Shown here: positions 1-12,000 of the stretch, piece after piece
How the letters are laid out: each line of letters begins with the position of its first letter
Position numbering within the stretch: the stretch's first letter is position 1
Assembly: GCF_964204645.1 (NCBI RefSeq)
Contig: NC_134025.1
Coordinates: 3,472,001-3,536,000 of the forward strand
Length of the DNA stretch: 64,000 bases
Reading direction: 5' to 3'
DNA from: Tubulanus polymorphus
Lineage: Eukaryota; Animalia; Nemertea
Notes under the pieces: model-generated
Told to the model about the DNA's origin: nothing
Database searches by the model: none
Seen by the model: the letters and a program-made list of their open reading frames with translations, nothing else
Position numbers and translations under genes: made by a program

Positions 1-3000
1 GCGTTTGGTGGAATGTAAATAAGAACCGGTTGTTTATATTCGCGCAGACCATCGACGATATACGCGCCGAACTTCAGTACTTGATCGTACATATCTTTCA
101 TTCCACCGGAAAATCCTCGCCAGTTCGCGAATATCATCAGCGGAAGTTGTTCGCGGTTAAAATCTTTGATTGCTTGCGCCGTTTTATAAGCTGAATCCGG
201 GAACCACACCTGTCCAGCTTGCTGTATCACCTATTGAAATACACACAATGATATATAAACGGATACTACATGAAAACTTTAATCAGTAGAATCCGCTTTT
301 CTCGCATATTGCTGGACCAATAAATTCTTTCCGAGGTCCGTGAAATCCGAAGTACATGAAGTCAATTAACTTTGGGGTAAACCGAGTCTACTGTATTGAT
401 TTGTTTAACAGAATGCTTACTTTTTCATCGGAGTCAAGATTGGCCGGATCAGCAGGTATTCCAAATTCTACGGTCCTGGTCTCAACGCAGATTACGCCTA
501 ACGGTATACCACCTAGTCTAGCTCGACCACATATAACTGTCTGCGCCCAGGGCTTCATTATTTCATGAAATGAGCCACGATCAAAGAATCCGCTCTGCCA
601 TTGATCTTGATTGTCTAGATTCAAGAGAAATAACCGGTACCCGAGGTATTAGCTTAAATCGATGTGTTTTCGAAGTGATTGGTTTAATTCACACCGAGAC
701 ATGTACCTGGATTTGGTCGACCAGCAAGCATCCAACGTGGATCATAAGGCGTTTTCGTTGGAATGAAATCTACCGTTCTGTCAATTGGGTCAACTGGATC
801 CAATATCGGCAATGGGTCATTATGAATCTAAATACACACCCCGATCAATATTATGTATTATAATCATTAAATAGTTTGCCCAATAGTTTCTCGATACTCG
901 ATGAAATACCTTAGGAATGAAGGCTATCATATTCAAAATCTGATAAACACCATCGAAATCATCAGTACTGATAGCATGCGATACTCCGTTATTATGCATG
1001 ATTTGTATTCCACCGAGTTGATTGTTACTTGTGTAAACTTCACGTCCGAGAACCTTAAAATTAAACGAATTCAGTCGAGCTGCACGAATGAGTGGCAAAA
1101 AAATCAATGTAATCCGGATATAAACCCGTACCTTATTCAGGGCACCAGCTCCTGTTAGAATAATGTGAGAGTTTTCAACTTGTACGACACGTTGTCCCAG
1201 ACGTACCAGATACGCTCCAATACCAATAGCTCGACATGTTACCTAAAAATATACAAATATATCTCAACTTCGCGTAGATTTCAGGGAATTCTACAAAAGA
1301 AATGTTTTATATTTTGTGTAAAATCTAGAACTTAAAGAACGTCAAATTTAAAGTACCAGATTATATGTGGCTATTTCGTTGTAAGCCTGTGATGATTCTC
1401 CAGCTATCATTCCTGATCCGCGTAAATTCTCGACTCCGATTCCATCAACGTGACCGATTATATCCTGTATTTTATATCGAGCAGCTCCTTCATCATCGAT
1501 CAGTTCACATCGCACTGAATTCAAAGCGCTGACTTTCTGGAAATCTTCCGGTGTTAGATACAGATATTTGAATCCCTAGAAGAATTTCGAATAGAAAATT
1601 ACATCAAATTCTACCGATTCTCAACGCAGAAATGTTTCATGATTTGTCTCGTACCTTATCGGGGTCTTTCGGGTCCTGCCAAGCGACGTTAAACAAGTGT
1701 TTAACCTCTTCGGCTAAACCAATTCTTGCTCCACTGTTTGCTGCCAGGTATATCCTCGGTAATCCTTCACTTCTTGCTAATTCTGATGCTTTCTAAAATT
1801 CATAAGACACTCAAATGAGAAATTTATTTACAGTATATAAAACAATTCATGAAGCAGAAAACCTACCAAATATAACTGATCTTCCTGAGGACCGAATGAG
1901 CCAATTTGGTTTGTTATATCATTAGCGATGACGATTAAGTTTCTTCCATCTGGATATTCTGGTGTTTTCAAATTCATTCTCCAAGCAACCATCGCAATCT
2001 GGAAATTGAAAATACTTTCCGATTGGCAACTGATCGTTATTCTAACTAACAGCAGATTACAATCAATCAGGATCTACCTCGTTTTCTCCACTGAGTCGTT
2101 TGATTTCACAAAGTTGATCCTGACTATCTAGAACTAGTTCAACGTATGTTAGTAATTCACTCGGTTCATCGTCAGTTAGCCCTCGCTCTTCATGATACTC
2201 TTTCCATAATCTCGATACAGACTGAAAATTCACATTCAAATATTATCAGAGGATAGAGAAAGCAGTTTATAGATAAATGAAACATCTTTATTACCTGTCT
2301 GAACATTTCGGGGAAATCATATACATATGTAGTGCCCATATGTTGGGCTTGGAAACGTTTTTGTTGAAGATGATCTTTCGTCATATACGGAGTACTCAAT
2401 AGAAGTCCATGTAGAGGACCCTGTTTAGTACCATAAGCTTGGAACATTATCTGAAATCAAAATCGATCGATTCATCGTTTGTTTAAATAAAAGACCAAGA
2501 AAAAGTTTGAATCTATCTAGTAGGGAGCTTACCTGTCCAGTTCGTGGTTCAGTCACTTCTTTATACATGCTAATATCGAGATAGTAACCACTTTCATTCG
2601 TCAAGAACAGTCGTATTGGAATACGATTTCCATTTGCCGATAATCTACAAACATCAAATGCAGTTGTAGCAATTTAATGATGAGTAACAATGCACAAAAT
2701 ATTAAATCCAGCAAAATCAGTTTTTTGTCTTGATTAATAATCACCTGATAGTCAGTTTCAATTCAGCCTGTAAAACTCGCAATTTCCACAACCGACTACC
2801 ATATCTCATGACCATGCTACGGACAGTCTCTTCCAACTAAAATTTAAAATCATTACAATAATATTAGAACATGTATATTTCAACCAATTGCAGTGAACAA
2901 TTAATGCTTATTCATATATGGAAACTTAATGACTTTTATTTCTTAAAGAATATAATCTGATGAAGCGATTTTTTTCCATTAGCAGATAGGAATTATTAGT

Positions 3001-6000
3001 TTTAGCGATATGCAGATTAATTGTTAATGTCTAATGCATTCTATGATTATGCAAAAAATTTCAAACGTGAAATATAACATAAATAGACAAGACACAAATA
3101 AATATCAGAATCAGGCATTCATTCCATGCAAACACATAACAAATGTTGCATACATTTTAATCTAGAAACTTGTGTAGATAAATCGGATTTGAAATATACG
3201 GTCCAAAATCTTTGATTCTATGACAAAAATGAACAAAGACCACCTCATGCATGTAATATTCTGAAGTGCAATGAGGAGATAATATTGAAAATGACAACAT
3301 TCTCTTGTGGAAATACACAATATTTTAAGATTGTAAGAGTTTGTACCTTTGCTGGGTCCAATAGAGATAGTGTAGGGAAAAAATTGAGAAATATGTGGTT
3401 GCAATCGGTGCACTTTGACTGAAACATCAAAAATCAACATCATCAATGATGGCAGTCTATAAGGCTTATTATCTAGTGCTGTTAGTTGAAGTGGAGAATA
3501 ATCTGACATGCTTATCATTATATCTAAAAGCAAAGAGAGAGTTCATACTCTCTAAAGAAATAATGAGAAGCTCGTCATTAAACCCTATACCGAAATCAAG
3601 TCAGTTCCATATGCATTTGGTAGTTTTTTTCAAGATAGAATATTAATGATGATACAAAATCTACTTCTGAACATAAGCAATCTTGTACATTATTGTTTGA
3701 AATGCGTTTTGGGAATTAGCCGCTTACTACTGAACACTGGTAGCTGGAACTGATTTGATTAGAAGAAATACAGACGTACATGCATATCTCTCATCCCTTT
3801 CACACCCTCATCATACGTTTACATGTATCTACTACAAAGCAATGCGCAAAATTCCCTTATATAACAAGGAACCATCCAGAATCGTACGTAATTCTCAGAT
3901 AATTCAGGTAAAGTTCAAAATAAATAAAGTACTATATGATAACAAACCCGCTTAATTCGTCATTCGAAGAAAATTCTGAATGGTTGCCCAATAAGGAAAT
4001 CTACAACTTGCACATGCTTTATTTGAGTACTGCCTAAGTGCAGCAAACCTTTGTCGGGTCCATGTTGACAGTAGGAAGAAAGTTGAGGAAAAAATGGTTG
4101 CAGTCGGATCGTCGAGACTGAAACAAAAACACCTTCATATAATGATAATAATTTCCTAAACATGCTACATTATACATCAACAAACTGAAGACTACCAAAA
4201 CATTCGTTAACATTCCGGTTTGAAAGACAGTATTTTCGATACTAAAAAAAGATCACGACTAAAAATCATTCAACGATCCACGCCTATAAACTATTGTGCT
4301 CAAAAAGAAGAACAATTCATCGAGGCCGACGAAATGTTGACACAAGAAACTTATTGAAATAATTATGATACATGTAGTCCAGCTGTCAACATGTTCAATT
4401 AAGCAAAGCTGCACTAAAAACCTTTTTACATTGTACAATATCAAAATGGCAAACCCTAAAATGAATATTAAAAATCTATTACGTTCATTGAAAAACATTC
4501 AGACATCATCATATATTTTACCATAGCTTAAGGCTTAAACATGCTAGAACTTCAATAATCTTATTCAATTGTTTTCAGATATTTTATTGCATCTTCGAAT
4601 TCAAATATTTTTCATGGGGTAAATAGAAGTTCTCTACAAACCATTGGGTGTGAAAATGCTACTTCAAATGCATCCATAGCTTCTAAAAGAGTCCTTTCTC
4701 CTTCATTCTGAAGGTATTCAAATGATGCCTCCTAGAAAAACAATATTCACCAGATATGGAGTTATGAGATATGGAGTTTGTTTGTCAAGTACAAAGACTT
4801 AAAGTAAATACTGTATAGGTTCACTGACCTTTGTGACAAGATCTGAATGTCTAATGATCGACCTCACAAAGAATCTGTAATCAGTGACTTCACAACCAGC
4901 AGCCACCTGAAAATATCCCGAATTGAACAGTTTATGGTATATTTAATCAAATATGCAAATGGAGGGGTGGATTTAGGGGTTGATTTCAGGGATCAGGATT
5001 TTGAACAATCATTAAAAGTGCTTACTTTAGCTTTGCCTAAGTATAAATGCATTCGATGATTGGCGAATGGAATGGCTTCCAATTCAAAGTTTCTCATTCT
5101 GTTGATTTCAAGCTGGAAGGCCAGAGCTGGCTCTAGATGTCGGTAAATACGATCTTCACAGAACTATAATACATAATGACCACAGAAGATATATACCTGG
5201 TAAAACGAAATATGATATTCTGTGGAGGTAGAATTAGTAAAATGCCGCAAATATTCAGTAGAATGTCAAACCCACAATAAATACAAAAGACATAAAACTG
5301 CGAAAGATTTATTTGAAACTCAGTCATTATCTAAAAACCATTATAAAGGAATCATAAGAGCAGTGAAACTTACATTATCTCTGGCTCTGAAAGTGAAGTA
5401 TTTCGGGAACTCTCTCTGAAAATCATGAATTACACATGTATTTCCATTACAGCAAAAACAAAAAGAAATTTCAAAATGCAATGATGAATATGAGAGTTAA
5501 AGATAATTTACCTCAACCAGTAGCAGAAACGTTACTCTACGTATTCCCTTCTTTTGCATGGTCTCTCGCTGTAATCATCAATACAAAATATCATTACAGT
5601 TTGATTGAAAACTATATTGCGCAAATAAAAGGAAAAATACGTGTACATACCTTAGCTGCGCAGAATTCTTCAAATAATTTCACATATCCATCATCATCTC
5701 TTTCACCATTGACTTTCATTAGAGCTACATTCAGAATATGAATAGGTTCTTCGACCTTTGAATCCTGAAATGAATGATATTTGTACGGTTTTTTCTTTCG
5801 ACTTATTTCATCACAGAGACACTCGTGATGTATATAACTGGTTTACCTCCGTAGAACTGTGTCCACTACCCGTACTAAAACTGATCGGTCCAAAATCAAC
5901 AGTAGTACCAGGACTGGGTGGTGGGCTGCACGAAAATCGATCCATGACGATATCAAAATGCCTAAAACATATCACAAACACAATAAATTCATGGTTGCAA

Positions 6001-9000
6001 ATAGTTGAGACTATTTCCAGTCTTGATGAATATCGTTGAGAAAAACCCACAATTTAGTTTTCAAAAGCAACATGAAGAAAACTTACTCGACAAACTTAGA
6101 AAATGAGGTGAATGCAGCCATTGCTCCTCTCCTCTGACACGGAGGAAAAGCTTTTTCCGCGATAGCACTTGATTGGTTGAATGTATCGAGGTCATCACTA
6201 AGACTGCTGACTCTTCCTAATTGACTAAAACTTGACTCGCGTCTTTGCATCAACCTAGCAAAATTCAATTGTCCAATGTCCATTTTCTCAGGTGATATAT
6301 CCAGTGGTTCGCATGGTCGAGTCCTACAGAAATAAACGCATGAAAAAATATTGTAATATTGAGTCCGACTATTAGCCACTAACCAACTGTAGATTTTTTC
6401 TGACTTCCAAAAAATCACAGGAAAGATTTATCTTTATGGTTTAGAACACGTTCATCCACAGGTTATAACACAGAACACAGAACGCACTACAGTGAGGTGA
6501 ATTTAACACAGGGTGACTCGGTACCGGTACCTAGGCGCCTTGAAAAAATGATCTTAGGGTCTCACCAACGAACCATACATCCATTGAATATCCAAATTTT
6601 TCACCGAAATAAATTCATAATACAAGTAATTACCTTCGGACAATGACACTTGAATCTTGGCACTGATCAAATCAACTGAGAAAATGAAACTGCCTGCTGA
6701 CTGCTTTATCAAAGAAATATATATCGAAATGACTCAAATGATGAGGATTAATGAAAGACTATGGATCAACGCAATTTAAAGCACGATATTATAGCAAAAT
6801 TCTTATTCATTTTTAAAATACATTTGCACTGAATAAATGATCGAGTGATCATTGATTACCTATTTTAAAGAAATTGAGAGCAAATTATTCGCAAGTTCTT
6901 ATCGTTGAAATTATAACTGATTAAAATACAGCTTAAATACCAATAAGCGCAGGCATTTTTATAGAAGCAGAATATAGAGAAGCAGCAGCAGTTAATAATA
7001 ATTCTTGATGGAGATGTATGCAAATCCTAATCGGCGCAAAGCAAGGAACCCACATCAAACATACGAAAACATGTTTGACTGATGATAGATCTAGTTACAC
7101 ATCTACTCTGTAAATTCTACTGTGTACATTCAGTTTCATTAACATTTACTGTTATTTTCTTATTACGAATAATATTAAATTGTGGGTTTTGTTAGACATT
7201 TTGGTCACATCAGTGTTATATAAACTGTGCACAGTTTAAATCAACTGAGGCATTACATGAAAACTCACAATTTCTCCAGTACATCCGGAGGAAGCATCCT
7301 GTAATTCCATAAATCGTCTAGTATTCAATATACCTCATTATAAAACGACAAGTTTTCAGTATGTTTTGTAGGTTCGATTTTAGAACCAAATGCGAGATAA
7401 AAAGCACGTTGGAAAATTCACAACCAAAATGCATAGAAGCTTGCATCAGCATTAATGCAAATAACTATAGGGCAGGGCAGGCTTAATGGCAACATACTTG
7501 ACATCAATTCAGAAAACATCATAATGTTTAACTGCATATCACTCAACATGCACCACTAACAAATCTATACATAAGCAGTGCCTTTAAATATCCTGAATTG
7601 CAAGTGTTTTTAATAAAATATGTGTAATAAACAATCTATAAAGAAACAATGTATAAATACATTGAAAAATGAAGCTAATGCTTAAAATGATAATAGCACA
7701 AACACAACAGCCAAAATACATACATATGGGTAATATTAGATTGCCTTCTGAGTTTACATCTGAAACCGAGAACCCATCAACCAGACATATCAAAATATCA
7801 ATCATTACCTTCTACTGTAATCCAGCGCATAAAAAAGACCTCTAAGGGTATAAGGAAGTCTCAAAGGATTGGTTGCCATGAAGATATAGTAACTCTTCTA
7901 ATTTCAAGGAAGGTGTGCTTTATGTACCCAAATCAACTACCGGTATTCTTAAAGCGAAGGGACTCAAATAAGTTGAGTACTTACCGGTTTGGATGAGAGG
8001 TAGGAAGTAAGAATTGAAACTCAACCAAACAGACATCTCCCTTTATTTGAGTGTGCTGTAGACAATGAAGTTCATAAGCTATGTATCCTCGTCTTACGTA
8101 TACCTGTAGATTTAATATCATATGAAACATTATATGTAATTACTGTGAATCAATGTATGGAAAATGTTTTTGGCTTACCTCTAATGCAGCCATGCTGACT
8201 AGAATATTCGAATGGAAAAAAAATGCCGGTAACACATCAAAAATAGACGTTTCTGACATGATCAATTTCTGAAAAATAAAATTACAATGCATATTGTACA
8301 CAGATATGTATATGTGTCTCTGTATCAATACAAGGGTGACCAGAAACTTACCTGTAAGTTTTCTGGACAGAAGTCATGACCGTACATATCTATAGCCGAT
8401 AGGAATATTGATTCAACTTGATTGTGTCGTAACTCATAGGCAGGTTGATGAGCCGCAATCAAAACCTTTACAAACATGAAATATCTGCCTAAGTATCCTT
8501 TCCAGTAAAAACAGAATGAAATCATGAATGATTTTTCGTATATTCTTACCTGTCGAGCTCTAAGAGCAACCTTCGAATGTTCTGTTTTATTGAGAGTTGT
8601 AAGATCGTTAAGCATAACGTGAAGGTCATCAGTAACTCCGGGTTCTTTACCACAGAGGTGATCCTGAGAAACATCGACAAAATCATAGGTATTTATATTA
8701 AATATGCTAGGATTCTAATGTGTCAAAAATCACTAATTCCATTTTGCACATCATAGGAAAATCGATTACTGTCTTCGCTGGTAGACAATGCATTGATCAG
8801 TTTAAACATTCAATCATTGAGATCACCGATGTTTGAAGATATTGCATTGCTAAGGAATCATGCTAAATGAATGCTTCGAATGGTGATTGGAATCAGGTGT
8901 TGGAAAGGATTGGAGGTGTTGTGGCTGGATACTCACTACTCCAGGAAATGTATCATACATATCGCGAACAAATGTTGGTGTCTGTAAGAACCAAACACTT

Positions 9001-12000
9001 ATAAACTACCTAGTACACTAATATTCATTTCAGCCAAGCCTTAAGCTAAACATCAAAATTGTCCCAAATTAGTTTGGACTGAGCAAAAGTTAGGAAGTAA
9101 AACATGCAGAAATAAATGCGAATAGTATATACCAAAGCTAGAGGTTTATACCAAGCATTTGATATCTAGATAACTCACAATTAACATGATGATTAACTTG
9201 TTTTTCTTCAGAACTTGTGAATGCGAAAATATCTGACTGACTACAGCTGACATGTCGTCTTTATTCTTGTCCCGTAATGATGCAACACATTTATCATAAT
9301 GACCTTCATAAAGGAAAGAGAATACATAGATGTTTTAATAGTTAATGATGAATAATAGGTTCCAGATTAGTAATAACTCACCATCTTGAAATTGTGTCTC
9401 AACTTTCAGGTACATTTTGAGGAAATCCTGTACGACGGATTTCATATATCCACGTATACCATTACGATATCTGAAATCAAAGACAAGCATTTCATAATAT
9501 GTTCAATATCATCAAATCAACCAACTTCATATACTTGAATTAGGATACCTTTGCACAAGCTGCACGATTCCCTGAGTTGTCATAAAGAATACATCTCTTT
9601 CAGCTCGTTTGGTCAAAGTGGCTGCGTATGTATCAATAACACTAGCAATCTGTAAAATATCAGGTACTACTCATATTTACCATAGGTACGAATACAAGCA
9701 CGTATACTTATAGGAGTGTATACTGACCTGCTGGCTCGGGAACTGACACAATACAGATGTAATGTTACTGTGATAAGAAGCCATCAGTTGACGGATGGAT
9801 TTTTCAACTTGAGATGGAACTCGACCTGAGATCATTGAAATCAACTCCTGCAATAGAATATGAAATGTGCAGAGACACAAATACGTGAACAAGCTGCCAA
9901 ATGTACTGATTGTAAAAGACATGCGTACCTGTAATTCTAACAGAGGTAAAGATGGATCTTTCAGACTTTTCATCAGTTTGTCGACAGTATTCTGACAATG
10001 CTTCGTGAAGTGCGGTTCAGGAAGGCAATAACCAGCCAGGATATTCTCTAATGCTGTACGTTGAGCCTGGAATACTTGATGAAGTTTATCTCCGAGTATG
10101 CTAGGACCCATTAATTTGGGAAGTTCACCGCTGAAGATTTTCGCCTGAAATAACAATAAATAACTTAAGAATAACAATTCAATTCAATTCAATAAACTCT
10201 TTATTATACTGATTACACCCTTTCGGGTCGAGATGTACAGAGTGATATTTACAAGTAGTATAACATGAATTCATTATATCTAACACATGTCCACAAATGA
10301 ATGTGATTACCTGTTTCACTCGACTGGGATCATCTAACTGAAGTCTAGCAACGATGTTACCTGCATCTAAAACTGCTCCAGGACGCTTTACATAATGAAC
10401 ACTGTCAAATATACACAATATACATCACTAACTTCTAACCTTTATGAAACATTGGTTGACAGAAGATTCAAACAGACCAACTCTTACCAGCCACTTTCTT
10501 GAACTCGTAATTCCATACACATCTTCATTACTTCGATCTCAGCATAAACATCATTCACAAAAACATGTCCTCCATCTTCGACTAAATAGTTAATCAGTTT
10601 ACCAGCGGATGGAGACCTAAAAATGGTTCAAAGTTACCACGGAATAGATTGCTATGTATAGAAATATGACGGTTCATCATTCATTATAATCATACCTTAG
10701 AATGGTTGGATCATTCTCCTTTTCGAAGACACATATTTTGTTGCCGATAGTTATACGATAGCTACCAACTTCTTCTTTCATGTACGTAGTGTAACTAGAA
10801 CCATCTAATGATAAAAGCATACCACCATCGCTTAACTTATGAACATCTACATCGATTGATGAATCATTCATACCGAGGAAATAACTGGAAGGACTTGTCT
10901 TCGTCACCTATAACAAAAAGATCCAATGTCAATGATTTTCTAGTAGTGTCATGTGTCTATAATTATCGTATCGGAGGATTTACTGTTTACCTCAACAACA
11001 TATTTCAGACCTTCGTTGATCAATTCAACTACTTTCGAATTATTCAAACTGTTTGCTGGTAGTATCTGACCTCTGAAACCGAGCACATTTCGTCAATATG
11101 GCACAAATGACAGGTTAGAAAATGTGCTGCGCGGATAAATAAAAATTCAAATACCTTTCAAGAGTGTTCTGGAAATTTTGGAAGTTATTCACTATGTACT
11201 GATCAGCAACATGAAGCGCTCCGCATATTACGGACAGCATGATATCTGGTTTCTCAGCCTGAAATAGAAAATACATTTCACAATAATATTTGCCATTTAG
11301 GGAAGCTCTAGTATATGTTAAGATGAGTTTGCGCCGAATACCAACCTGCACACGATCAGTAATGAGTTTGTCTAACCAACCAGTATCAATACGATTTTGC
11401 TGGAATTCAGGCGTTTCGAATAGTTTGATCAGATACTGAACAGTCGTACGGAAATCTCCACGTATCGATAACTCCTTCAACGCAACTACCATATTCCTAT
11501 CAAAATTAACTCTCGTATTAAATGAGGGGAATTTTTGGAAAATCAATTCTAAGACATAGAAATTGTATTTACTCTCTCGCTTCTTCTCTGCATTCTCCCC
11601 ACGAGAAACAATGACCGAACTGAGAATCTGCGAATTCATGAAGTCCACCGGCCGCAGCCACGCTGAAGTAACCCCAAACGTTTTTACTACTACGGAAATT
11701 CAACTCTTGAACGGTGCCTGAACTCGGTTTGAATCCCTGAAAACAAAAATTACGTGCGCGAAGAATCGTCGAAGATATTATGGTTTAAAATTCGATGAGA
11801 AACTTTACTTACTTCGTCAGGATTTTCACTAGTGATTCTCGCTGCGATGACATGTCCCTTTGGTAATGGTCTACGCGGTGGATTATCAAAGTTGATGATT
11901 GAAGCTTCCATTGGATCCTCGCCATACATCAAACGAATGTCTTTGATTCTGTATAACGGTATTCCCATAGCGATCTAGATTATATCACAATTATTAGATT

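Noticed and set aside
5197-5219. 23-nt ACC microexon with a strong acceptor
   Set aside because: It shifts the frame and would leave a downstream intron of only about 33 nt.
8786-8849. Hairpin as a miR-33-like microRNA
   Set aside because: Only a TGCATTG heptamer matches, the stem is too interrupted, and miR-33 is hosted by SREBP genes.
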